DNA from: a virus
Strand: one strand, 5' to 3'
Length of the DNA stretch: 64,000 bases
Virus genome (UHGV): UHGV-0125199
Shown: piece by piece, positions 27,538-37,330 of the stretch
Numbering within the stretch: position 1 is the first letter of the stretch
Layout: each line of letters starts with the position of its first letter
Program-made: the position numbers and the translations under genes
The notes under the pieces: generated by a model
What the model was told of the DNA's origin: nothing
The model's input: the letters and a program-made list of their open reading frames with translations, nothing else
The model's database searches: none

Positions 27538-27566
27538 TTGAACAAATTTAATAAAAAATGTATAAT
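27538..27566 (+). promoter_or_regulatory. sigma-A-type promoter for the small-gene/GNAT operon
   Basis: TTGAAC-17 nt-TATAAT. The ATGTATAATAA motif recurs at 27316, 27558 and 27632. Confidence 0.45.
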
Positions 27567-27668
27567 AAGATACACAAAAAATAGTCTAATTTATTTCTCA
27601 CGTTATATTTCGACATTTTGTTTAATTTTTTTGATGTATAATTGCTTCAAATACCAAGGGGTGATTAT

Positions 27669-27881
27669 ATGAAGTTAGGTAAAAAAGGATCCATACATAC
27701 AAAAGAGGAGGTAAGACATATGGCAGTCTCAATGGCAGTTGTACCGTTATTAAAAGGGGAAGCGGCTACTAAAATCGTAGATGATTTTAAAAGCAGCAAA
27801 TTAAAACCATTTACAGACGATCAACGTAAGAAGACTAATGCTAAAGTAGCTGAGATACTCAAAGGTAAACGTAATGGATAA
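27669..27881 (+). CDS. small protein overlapping the GNAT gene (candidate antitoxin/regulator)
   Basis: 70 aa from ATG 27669 (AAGGGGTGA SD). Its stop overlaps the GNAT start by 8 nt. Confidence 0.4.
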   Translation: MKLGKKGSIHTKEEVRHMAVSMAVVPLLKGEAATKIVDDFKSSKLKPFTDDQRKKTNAKVAEILKGKRNG

Positions 27882-28431
27882 CACAGAAAACTTTCAATAT
27901 AAAGAAGAGTTACTAAGCAAAGAGTCATTAAGACATTTTATGTTAGTAGGTGATTTTTGCTGTGGTGCAGACAATCCATTAAATACTTTCTTATCAGATG
28001 ATGCATTTGATTATGCAGAAGAAAAGCAAGGACACACATACATTTTAATGGACAACGAATACACTTGTATACTAGCATTTTACACAATTAAGGCTAATGC
28101 AATTCATACATTTAATATAGATACAAACGAATATATGGCGTTGCCTGTTGTGGAAATAGCAAGAATTGCTGTAGATTTTGACTTCCAAGGGAATGGTTTA
28201 GGGAAAATATTATTTTATGATTATATAATACCTAAAATAAAAAAAGTAAGTAAGATTATTGCAATATATGGTATCATTGTATTTGTAGAATCGGAAAATG
28301 GTCAAGGAATACAATTTTATAATTCACTAGGATTTAAAAGAGCCAATAATGAAATACAAAAAGCAGTTGGTGATTCTTATAACGAAAAATGTGAATTGTA
28401 TGTGCTGAAATTAGATGATATAAAAGAGTAG
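27874..28431 (+). CDS. GNAT-family N-acetyltransferase
   Basis: 185 aa. VEIARIAVDFDFQGNGLGKIL matches the acetyl-CoA-binding R/QxxGxG/A motif with the preceding beta strand. Confidence 0.7.
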   Translation: MDNTENFQYKEELLSKESLRHFMLVGDFCCGADNPLNTFLSDDAFDYAEEKQGHTYILMDNEYTCILAFYTIKANAIHTFNIDTNEYMALPVVEIARIAVDFDFQGNGLGKILFYDYIIPKIKKVSKIIAIYGIIVFVESENGQGIQFYNSLGFKRANNEIQKAVGDSYNEKCELYVLKLDDIKE

Positions 28432-28556
28432 GGAGTAATCCTACTCTTTTATTATATTGGCTGATGTTTTTATTTTATAGAAACATATGTTCAGACTACT
28501 CTTCTATTCATTATTGGTATATAATGGAAATACTAAAGATGAATAGGAGTAATATA

Positions 28557-29366
28557 ATGCCGAAATTTAAAGCCAGTTCTGTTATTTCGATGCTGAAACG
28601 GTTTACAGATGAAGAAAAAAATAAAAAAACTCAGTCTTGTCCGGAATTGAAGAATGAGATTAAAAATGTATTAGACGATACAAAGATCATTCTATATAAA
28701 CAATCCAGAGAGGACGCGATTAAATATATTTTATGGCAAGGATTATTGAATAGATATGGGATTTTTGGGAGCAACAGAAGACAACACCGCTTATTTGGTC
28801 AAGATAAAACAGATTATTATGCTCAAGAGTACCAACATGGAGATATTGTAAGTATAGACTTCGGAACATCGAATATTGGAAGCGAATTTTCGTTTACTCA
28901 TACCGCACTTGTTTTGCATGAATTTACTGATTTTTTAATTGTTATACCTATTACTACTGCTAAAGATGGTAGATTAGAGAATAAGCCATTGGATGAACAG
29001 GAATCAACATTTGTAATACATAAAAGTGATTTTTCGTTTATAGAAGCTGATTCATATGTATTAATATACCAGATAAAATCTATTTCAAAAAATAGAATCA
29101 CGAAAAGAATTGGGAATATAACAGGGTCAAAGTTTTTGTGTGACGTTGATAGCGAAGTGTTTAACATACTATTAGATCCGCTTTCAAAAAAAATATCAGA
29201 AGAAATAACAAACCTAAATATAAAGATATCAGATTATAAAAATATGATTGAAGAAAAAGATGAAAAAATAAGAGAATTAAATTGCTTGGTGGAAAATTTA
29301 AAACAAAATATTAAAAATAATGATAAAAATGTGTTGACAAATCTGGATTTCCATGATACCATATAG
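28557..29366 (+). CDS. protein containing a MazF/PemK-like domain with a C-terminal coiled coil
   Basis: GDIVSIDFGTSNIGSEFSFTHTALVLHEFTDFLIVIPITTA matches the MazF/PemK consensus Gdiv.vdf.p.GsE..g.RPalVv...........v.PiTs. Start chosen at ATG 28557 (AGGAGT SD); the ORF-track start is 28464. Confidence 0.5.
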   Translation: MPKFKASSVISMLKRFTDEEKNKKTQSCPELKNEIKNVLDDTKIILYKQSREDAIKYILWQGLLNRYGIFGSNRRQHRLFGQDKTDYYAQEYQHGDIVSIDFGTSNIGSEFSFTHTALVLHEFTDFLIVIPITTAKDGRLENKPLDEQESTFVIHKSDFSFIEADSYVLIYQIKSISKNRITKRIGNITGSKFLCDVDSEVFNILLDPLSKKISEEITNLNIKISDYKNMIEEKDEKIRELNCLVENLKQNIKNNDKNVLTNLDFHDTI

Positions 29367-29597
29367 GCATAAAAGATAGATATTTTTAGCAATGGCTATT
29401 AAATATAACTACATGGAGAGGTCTTTACGAATAAACGTAAAGACCTTCTTACTATTTAAAAATATATTTACGTTTTAATTAAAAAAGACTGGGTTATCAT
29501 ACCTAGTCTTTTCTCATGTATATTTTTAAATTCCAACTACTCTCCTCCCCACTAAAAATAGCTCTTACAGTTATTACGCTTCCACTGTTTACCGATA

Positions 29598-30035
29598 TTA
29601 TTTTGGTATATTATTGATAATTGCACTAATGTATTCCGGATCATTTATTATTGCATTAAAAATTGTACTGGCGAGTGACATAATTCCATGAATAGACGCA
29701 ACCCCCATTTTCTTCGCAGATTTTTTCGTTGCATTCCATATTGTCTCTGGTCTAACCGTATTTATAAAATTATGACCGCTCCATGAAATGTCATCAACAT
29801 GACCTGATAATTTTCTGTCTTTCCCATTATAATTTTTATATCCAGTAATATAGCCAGCGCTCATTAATTGTGTCAGTGTATATGCAACATCTTCTTCGGA
29901 ATATTTATTGTCTTGTGATAGTTCATTTATTATCGTTTTAAAAGAAATACCTTTTATAGAAAAATATTCACACATCACAAGATTATCCTCTAAATATATT
30001 AATGTGTCTCTTACACATTCAGGATTTAGTTTCAT
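29598..30035 (-). CDS. DUF2513 (YjcQ)-like protein
   Basis: 145 aa. ...VRDTLIYLEDNL...EEDVAYTLTQLMSAGYITGY resembles the DUF2513 signature. GGAGGT SD on the minus strand. Confidence 0.45.
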   Translation of the reverse strand: MKLNPECVRDTLIYLEDNLVMCEYFSIKGISFKTIINELSQDNKYSEEDVAYTLTQLMSAGYITGYKNYNGKDRKLSGHVDDISWSGHNFINTVRPETIWNATKKSAKKMGVASIHGIMSLASTIFNAIINDPEYISAIINNIPK

Positions 30036-30065
30036 AAGTTATACCTCCAAGAAAGGAATGATTAA

Positions 30066-30287
30066 ATGAAAGATATTACTATTCATTATAAAACAGATGA
30101 TGAAATGACAAATAAAGATAATCCTCTTTATGATCTACGCAGCCGAATAGCGGTTCTAGTCGATGGAAAACCAATTGAAAGATTAAAAAGGTTCTCAATT
30201 GATTTTGATGTTAACGACATAGAACCAACTTATTGTGTGGAGCAATATATGGATTTTCCCAATAACGATCAAGACTATACGATATAA
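30066..30287 (+). CDS. hypothetical protein (73 aa)
   Basis: AAAGGAA SD. Divergent from the DUF2513-like gene. Confidence 0.4.
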   Translation: MKDITIHYKTDDEMTNKDNPLYDLRSRIAVLVDGKPIERLKRFSIDFDVNDIEPTYCVEQYMDFPNNDQDYTI

Positions 30288-30303
30288 GTCTATCACTCTC
30301 CTC

Positions 30304-30783
30304 TCACGGTTTCCATGTATGACCACAGTTAGAACATCTATTGACTGTTTTATTACTTCCTAAGAATCCAGTCAGGATTGAGTAGCCTTTTTGCCCGGCG
30401 GTAATTGATGTAGATCCACATTTCGGACAACGTGGTTTAGATTCCTCTGCTTTCTTACGTTCTTCCTCTGCTTCTTTGGCTTGAACTTGTGACCGGAATT
30501 GCGACATTTTTAATTCATATTCTATGATATCGTCATCGTGTAATTTTATCATTGCATCGTAGAAATCTGTGGAATCTGAGATTTTTGACAGAATAATAAA
30601 ATCATCATCCGGCATTGATGTCATGATTATTGGATGACCATATGGGCATTCTGTAGCAGTGTCTTCATAGAAATACACATAACCATTTCTATAAATTCCA
30701 TCTTGTATTTTTTCTTTTTTGCATGTTGGACATATTTTTAAATGATTAACCATATTTATCCCCCTATATATTTTTAATTGCAA
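30304..30783 (-). CDS. zinc-ribbon protein
   Basis: 159 aa. N-terminal CPTCKK...ECPYGH and C-terminal CPKCGS...CSNCGHTW zinc ribbons. AGGGGGA SD. Confidence 0.5.
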   Translation of the reverse strand: MQLKIYRGINMVNHLKICPTCKKEKIQDGIYRNGYVYFYEDTATECPYGHPIIMTSMPDDDFIILSKISDSTDFYDAMIKLHDDDIIEYELKMSQFRSQVQAKEAEEERKKAEESKPRCPKCGSTSITAGQKGYSILTGFLGSNKTVNRCSNCGHTWKP

Positions 30784-30907
30784 GTTATTTATATATAGTT
30801 TATCAGAACAATAGACGATTGTAAACTACGACTCTGATGCGGATAAATTCACATCTATTTTTGACAATTTTAAAAAGAAAACAAAACCTAAATTTAATCA
30901 AGATACA

Positions 30908-33900
30908 TTGGATTTTGCAAAAGAATTCAATAAGCTGGGTAAGAATTCAAATATTGATAATATAGTTTCTCAATTTAAAGAGGTGGATTCTAGTGTTGTT
31001 GATATGGCAAAGTCTGTAAAAGATGGTTCTATGTCAATGGATGAGTTCATTGAAAAATCTACAAAAGCTACAACTACCTCTTCTAAATTCAGTAGAATGG
31101 CAAAAACTGCTGGTACCGCACTGAAGTCAATTGGTGCTACTGCTCTGAATATGTTTGGTGGTTTTCTTATTGCTGAGGGGCTTAGTCTTGCAATAAAAGG
31201 AATTTATAATCTTATAAACGCAGACAAGATTGCAATTGAAAATGGGGAAAAGGCTCAACAGGAAATTAAGGAAGTATTTGATACTTACAACGGAAAAGTC
31301 GATACGATTAAAACGCTAGGAAAGAAATTTGCCCAAGATGCAGATTCAATCAAGACCACAGGTGATGCCGTAGAATCACTAACTAAAAAATATGCAGAAC
31401 TTAGAAAAGGTGTCAGTTCAGATAATACAAATCTTACTCTTTCTGAAAAGGAATACCAGGACTATCTTGACATAAGCAATCAATTAGCTGAATCATTCCC
31501 ATCACTTGTATCTGGTAGTGATGCAGCCGGAAATTCTATTTTAAATTTAGGTGACAATGCGTCTGTTGCCGCTGACAAAATGGAAAAACTGCAAAAAACA
31601 CAAATGACGTTGGCTCATAATGATATTGTTGATAAATCAAGAGATACATTTAGGGGTGCATTTGAAAAAGCAGACAATATTGAAGATGAGATAAAATCAT
31701 TAAAAGGTCAAGAAAAACAATTAAAAGAATCTGCTTCTCAAATATCTTTAAGCCGAGATGAAATCAGAGAACAGCTTAAAAGTGGACATCTTATCTTCAA
31801 GGATATGTCTAAAACCGACGCAGACAAGATGGAAAAGGCACTTGGAGCATATGTCGGGAAAGAATTGGGTCGTGTCAGACGGTCTGACGTATCTTTGGAT
31901 GGTCACACTATTGACAGAATCGAATTTACAATTGATCCTGTAGTAGATGAGAACAAACTTAATGAAGCAACTGATATGATTGAGGCTAGAGTTTTAGCTG
32001 GAGAAGATGAGATTGCAGCTAAAAAAGGTGAAATACAATCCAATATTAAAGCACAAGAACAAAAGCAAAAAGAAGTCTGGAATAGTTTTGCTGAAAGCAC
32101 AGTAAAACCTTATCTTGAAACATCTGCTGCTATTTCTGATATGCCTGTTGAATTACTTAATGCAGTAGAAAGTAATTTACAGAATTTAGATTGGAAAAAA
32201 CTTTATAAAGAATACGGCGGAGATGCCGATCAGATGCTTTTGGATGAATTAGTTTCGCCGCTAAACAGTCTAGAAAAACCGGCACAAGAAGCTTTGACAA
32301 AGGCTCTTAGTTTAGACCCATCAACAATGTCTATTGCTGAATATAATAAAGCTATTGACTCTGCTTTGAAGGAAGTTTCTGATAACAAAGCAACCAGAAA
32401 AGAATGGAAAAATAGATTCTTTAAATCTGCTATCGATTCTGCAACTGAAGATGCTAATGCATTAAAAGAGCAGTTTAAAGGCATAGATAAAGAGATCGAC
32501 AACTTAAGCGGAGAAGACAGGGAGTTAGCATACCAAATTGCTATTGAGGATGAGGATTTCGACGGAACTTGGCAAGATGTAATGGACAAGATTAAGACCA
32601 TGAAAGAAGAAGCCGAAAATCCGATGACATTCAATCTTGGTACATTTACATCAGAAGTTGGAGATGCGATTGCTTTAATTGATACATTAAATGCTGCTCT
32701 TGCAAATAGTTATTCTGGAAAAGGATTAAGCGTATCTTATGAAGTAGACGAAGAAACTGGTGTTGTACAGTTAACTGGAGACATCGCAAATCTTCAAGCA
32801 GCTTATTCAGATTTAGAAGGATATGATCCATCTATTCTATTCGAAAGAACAGCAAATGGTGTACATATTAACAGAGAAGCTCTTAGACAATTACAGGCTC
32901 AAGAAGAAGCTTTGAACAAGTCTAAATGGCTCGAAGACGAAAAGAATCTTACAGATCAATTAGCAGTGGCTACCAACAAATTAGCAAATGCAAAGAATTC
33001 TGGAAGTGAATCTGATGTTGCGTCCGCACAAGCAACCGTGGATTCATTACAACAACAGTTGGAGCAAGTTCAATTGTTGTCAGCTGCATATGACGGAGCC
33101 ACTTCTGCATATCAGCAATGGATAAATGTACAATCATCTGGTGAAGATGGAGATATGTATAGAAACGTCTCTGAAACTATGAAAACAAGGGGCGATGCGT
33201 TATACAAAGAAGGTCGATATAATACAGAAGAATTTCGTGCAATTGCCGACTACTTCTCCAATGAAGATTTGTCTACTGCACCAATGGAAAAACTTGTTGC
33301 TGCTTATGAAAATGCTGCTAATGCAAGAGAAAGATACTTTACCGGGAATAAACAGGGTATTGATAATTTCATGGCTGATATGCAAAATGATGCAGAATTA
33401 ATGTCAAAAGGGATTGTCAAAACACTTGAAGACGGAACTATGGAATTCCAAACTGGTTCAGATAAAATATTGGCTGATAAATTCCATCTTAGCGAAGAAG
33501 CAATTCAATCTATTTTAAGAGCTGCATCAGAATATGATGATGGTATAAAAATAGGTAAAATTGACGGTTCAGAAGACTTTAATGCATCTATTGATGAAAT
33601 GAAATCAAAAGCTGACGAAGCAAAAGGCAAACTTGAAGAATTAAAGAATGCTGGAAATCAGAGTCTGGATTTAGATTTTAATTTCGATAGTACAGACTTA
33701 GAAGATTTAGATAGTCAGATTGAACGTGCAAAATCTAATCTTGATCAATTCAAAAATTCAGATGGTCAGATTGATTTAAATGTCGAAGGCGCTCAAGAAG
33801 CTGTTACAATTTTACAAACCCTTATTCAGCAAAAGATTATGGTGAGCCAGCCGGCAATTATGACAATTGACACGACTGGACTTGATGAAGCTACTGCTGA

Positions 33901-36727
33901 TACGGTTTCTAAGTTGCAAGAATTTCAAGAGCAATTAAACACTGTTAATTCATTAGAGATGCAACAAGATTTTGGAATTCAAGTAGACACTAACCAACTT
34001 GACGCTGCGAAGGCTAAGGCTCAAGAATTATTCTCAGAATTGCAAGGAAAATCAGAAGATGGTTCACTTGAAATTACACCAGATGTAAAAGTTGATACAG
34101 GATCAATGGAGTCATTGGAGCAAAGTTTGTCTTCTATGACGCCTGAAATAAAAGCAAAAATTGTTCCAGATGGAAATGTATCTGATACTCTGGTTACTGG
34201 TGATATTAAGGTTGAAGACCAGACTGCAAAGGTAGATTATGTAAGAGGAAGCCAAGAAGCTCCTGCTGACAGAACTGCTTCTGTTGATTATATTAAAAAG
34301 GGCACAACACAAATTGAACCTGCCGACAAGAGTGCTGCTGTAACTTATAGTAAGATTGGCGGAGAACAAGCACCTCCATCGGACAAGAACGCAAATGTTA
34401 ATTATAAAAAAGGGGAACAAGAAGCACCGAGTAAGAAAAATGCAGTTGTCGATTATAAACGTGGATCACAAGAATTGCCTGATTCACCTAAAAGTGCAAC
34501 TGTTAATTATACTCTTGGAAATGTTGCTACTCCACCAGACGCTTATGTAAAAGTACACTATGATACATCCGGAAAACCAAAAGGTAGTAGTCCAGCCAAT
34601 GGTACTGCTCATTCACAAGGAAGTGCCAACTCTGGTCATGCATTTTCTAGTGGATCGTGGGGATTAAAACAACCTGAAAAGGGCGCTCTGATAAATGAAT
34701 TAGGTGCAGAAATTATTGTCAGAAATGGACAGTGGTTTGTAGAAAATAATGGATATCCTACTATCACTAATCTCAAAAAGAATGATATCGTGTTCAATCA
34801 TGAACAATCCAAAGCTTTGTTAGAACGAGGATATGTTACTGGATCTCATGCTAAATTAGCATATGAAGGCAATTCTCATGCAAAAGGAACTGCATTTTCT
34901 GGGGGGTCTTGGACTTTTGGGAATACAGGTGGTGGAAACATTGGAGGCACCAACACTACTTCCAACAATCTCAACTCCGCATCAAATAATCTTGCCAAAG
35001 CTGCTTCTGATACTTCCAAAGCAGCATCTGATACATCCGAAGCTGCCGAGAAATTATCAGAAGCAGTATCCGGATACACGGACTGGGTTGAGGTGTTATT
35101 CAAACGCTTAGAATCACAGTATGATTTGCTGATGAGTCAAATGGAGCGTATCGCACATCTCCCAGACAAGCAACAGAAACTGTATGAGGCAATGTCTAAG
35201 AACAGTGAACTACTGAATAGGACTCAGCAAGCAATTGGGACTTATCAAAGTCATTTTGATTCTATTGTACAACAGAGTGGAATAAACCCACTTATCGTAC
35301 ATCAGATTCAGAACGGGTCTATGGATATTTCAAAATACGACCAGGATACTCAAAAAATAATCAGTGAGTTGCAGTCTTATTATGATAAGCTCGTAGACTG
35401 CAATAAACAGTACGATGACCTCTTAAATAAACAGAGTGAACTGGCGCAGACAGCATTGGATAATATTGAAGATTACATCGATATGATGACTGGAATTGAG
35501 TCCTCTGCTGTAGATTATCAGGAAGCATTACGTGAATTAGCAGCTGCAAAAGGAGAATCTGCATATTCCGATAATATGTATGGCTCTCTGCAAGAATCTA
35601 TTAAAAATCAACAGGACGTTGCAGGTAAATTACAGTCACAGATTAAATCATATCAAGATGAAATCAATAAACTCATGGCAAATGGGTATATGGCTGAATA
35701 CTCAACGGAATGGTTTGAAGCACAAGCTGCATTAAATGGATTCCGGCAAGAAGCTGCTGAAGCTGAGAAAACACTGATTGAATTACAAGATCAGTTAAGA
35801 GAACTTGATTTACTGAAACTGCAACAGGTTATTGATGAGTTAGACAGAACTGCAAAACGACTGGAAAACAATTCTGACCTTACAGAATCAAAAGGTGAAC
35901 AGGTATCTGAAAAAGATTTACAGGCACAGCTTGACAATGCAAATGCACAGATTCAGGCAAATTACGATAAGCGGAATGAACTATTAAAGGATCAGGCAAA
36001 ATATGATGTCGGTTCTGACAAATATAATGAAATTGCGGAAGAGATAGAAAAGCTCGATGACGCTATCTTTGATGCAATGGAGAACATTGAAGACCTCAAA
36101 AATAAAATCTGGGAAGTAAGATGGCAACCGTTCTTTGATGGACAGGAAGCATTAGGTGATCTGATTGACCAGACAGATGATTTAAGAGGACTTTTAAATA
36201 GTGATGCTTTTCTTGATAAGAACGGCGGTTTAACTGTAGATGGTATTGCAAATTTGTCTTTGATTAGTCAGGGTATGAATGCTGCGAAACAGCAAATCAA
36301 GAATTATCAAGAGGCATTGAAGAAGCTTGATGAGGATTTAAAGAACGGGAATATCTCAACAAGTGAATATAAGGAGCAGCAAAAAGAATTTCTCAATCAG
36401 ATTTCAAGCTCTGTTGGCGTTGTTGAAGACTACAAAGATTCTATTGTTGATCTCTATACAAAGATGCTTGAGCAAGAGAATGAAGTTGCTCAAAAATCGA
36501 TTGATAAGCAGAAGGAATTGTTGGATATCAAAAAGAAAAATGCTGATTACAATAAGACTCTGCGTAAACAGGCTAGAGATGTGAATACATTGAAAGCTCA
36601 GATTTCAGCACTCGAAGGCGTGAAGTTATTTGCGCGACTTCTATTTAATAGCGGGAAAGTCCCCACAACCCTATCTTGCTACAACGGAACTGGAAACGGT
36701 AAACGTGAATGCGGTACGAGTTTATAA
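30908..36727 (+). CDS. tail tape measure protein, main segment C (1939 aa ORF; frame open from 30815; probable exon about 30818..36676)
   Basis: Glycine-zipper hydrophobic segment AKTAGTALKSIGATALNMFGGFLIAEGLSLAIKG, more than 1000 aa of helical repeats, a conserved ...GAEIIVRNGQWF...DIVFNHEQSKAL tape-measure C-region, then a 600-aa coiled coil. TTG start in the ORF track. Confidence 0.7.
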   Translation: MDFAKEFNKLGKNSNIDNIVSQFKEVDSSVVDMAKSVKDGSMSMDEFIEKSTKATTTSSKFSRMAKTAGTALKSIGATALNMFGGFLIAEGLSLAIKGIYNLINADKIAIENGEKAQQEIKEVFDTYNGKVDTIKTLGKKFAQDADSIKTTGDAVESLTKKYAELRKGVSSDNTNLTLSEKEYQDYLDISNQLAESFPSLVSGSDAAGNSILNLGDNASVAADKMEKLQKTQMTLAHNDIVDKSRDTFRGAFEKADNIEDEIKSLKGQEKQLKESASQISLSRDEIREQLKSGHLIFKDMSKTDADKMEKALGAYVGKELGRVRRSDVSLDGHTIDRIEFTIDPVVDENKLNEATDMIEARVLAGEDEIAAKKGEIQSNIKAQEQKQKEVWNSFAESTVKPYLETSAAISDMPVELLNAVESNLQNLDWKKLYKEYGGDADQMLLDELVSPLNSLEKPAQEALTKALSLDPSTMSIAEYNKAIDSALKEVSDNKATRKEWKNRFFKSAIDSATEDANALKEQFKGIDKEIDNLSGEDRELAYQIAIEDEDFDGTWQDVMDKIKTMKEEAENPMTFNLGTFTSEVGDAIALIDTLNAALANSYSGKGLSVSYEVDEETGVVQLTGDIANLQAAYSDLEGYDPSILFERTANGVHINREALRQLQAQEEALNKSKWLEDEKNLTDQLAVATNKLANAKNSGSESDVASAQATVDSLQQQLEQVQLLSAAYDGATSAYQQWINVQSSGEDGDMYRNVSETMKTRGDALYKEGRYNTEEFRAIADYFSNEDLSTAPMEKLVAAYENAANARERYFTGNKQGIDNFMADMQNDAELMSKGIVKTLEDGTMEFQTGSDKILADKFHLSEEAIQSILRAASEYDDGIKIGKIDGSEDFNASIDEMKSKADEAKGKLEELKNAGNQSLDLDFNFDSTDLEDLDSQIERAKSNLDQFKNSDGQIDLNVEGAQEAVTILQTLIQQKIMVSQPAIMTIDTTGLDEATADTVSKLQEFQEQLNTVNSLEMQQDFGIQVDTNQLDAAKAKAQELFSELQGKSEDGSLEITPDVKVDTGSMESLEQSLSSMTPEIKAKIVPDGNVSDTLVTGDIKVEDQTAKVDYVRGSQEAPADRTASVDYIKKGTTQIEPADKSAAVTYSKIGGEQAPPSDKNANVNYKKGEQEAPSKKNAVVDYKRGSQELPDSPKSATVNYTLGNVATPPDAYVKVHYDTSGKPKGSSPANGTAHSQGSANSGHAFSSGSWGLKQPEKGALINELGAEIIVRNGQWFVENNGYPTITNLKKNDIVFNHEQSKALLERGYVTGSHAKLAYEGNSHAKGTAFSGGSWTFGNTGGGNIGGTNTTSNNLNSASNNLAKAASDTSKAASDTSEAAEKLSEAVSGYTDWVEVLFKRLESQYDLLMSQMERIAHLPDKQQKLYEAMSKNSELLNRTQQAIGTYQSHFDSIVQQSGINPLIVHQIQNGSMDISKYDQDTQKIISELQSYYDKLVDCNKQYDDLLNKQSELAQTALDNIEDYIDMMTGIESSAVDYQEALRELAAAKGESAYSDNMYGSLQESIKNQQDVAGKLQSQIKSYQDEINKLMANGYMAEYSTEWFEAQAALNGFRQEAAEAEKTLIELQDQLRELDLLKLQQVIDELDRTAKRLENNSDLTESKGEQVSEKDLQAQLDNANAQIQANYDKRNELLKDQAKYDVGSDKYNEIAEEIEKLDDAIFDAMENIEDLKNKIWEVRWQPFFDGQEALGDLIDQTDDLRGLLNSDAFLDKNGGLTVDGIANLSLISQGMNAAKQQIKNYQEALKKLDEDLKNGNISTSEYKEQQKEFLNQISSSVGVVEDYKDSIVDLYTKMLEQENEVAQKSIDKQKELLDIKKKNADYNKTLRKQARDVNTLKAQISALEGVKLFARLLFNSGKVPTTLSCYNGTGNGKRECGTSL

Positions 36728-37330
36728 CTCAACAGTCTTCGGATAGAAACCATAAAAAACAGATAGGTCAGGGATAACCGGGTGTGCAAGTCACCCAGAC
36801 GCAACGAACTTCCTAAGTCATATATGATTTATGATATGGAAGACGCTCAACGACTGGTAAGTCCTATATATTATAATATGTAGGCATAGGGTTACAAGCG
36901 ATTGGTAACTCGAAAAATATAGACTATTTGAATAAGAAATGAAATGAACAATTAAATATGATATATGTTATAATTAAGATACATCTATGATGCACTTATG
37001 AATACAAGAACGTATGTTTTGTATATATTTAACAATTGTAAACATATCACTTTGTTTGTATTTTGTGTAGAATTTTCTCCGTATATGGGATATAATAATA
37101 ACAAGAAAACAGCAGTGTTTTCTTAAATATATCTGGTGTGATGCAGCGTAATATGACTGCTATAAATAATCTTTGAAGTGTACGCCGGGTTAGGAACCGG
37201 TTTACATGGAGATTTACAAAGGTGCGAGGATTTACCATAGCCTAACTAGGAACTATGTTCTGAAAGAAAGTCCTTGAATGAATAGAAGGGTCATCACCAG
37301 TGACTCTTCTATTTTTATACCAAGGAGAAG

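Noticed and set aside
28464-28556. ORF-track start 28464 for the MazF-like-domain protein
   Set aside because: No SD. ATG 28557 has AGGAGT at ideal spacing. The longer form cannot be fully excluded.
26779-30817. Group II intron as the explanation for the 4 kb intervening segment
   Set aside because: There is no reverse transcriptase/maturase ORF and no GUGYG 5' end or domain V-like hairpin. The elements seen are group I-like.
36920-36945. AAAATATAGACTATT as the S element (3' strand of P7) of the third intron
   Set aside because: It has the same polarity as R (GACTA) and cannot pair with the R-like CAACGACTGG. The better S candidate is AAGGTATAGTCTC at 38002.
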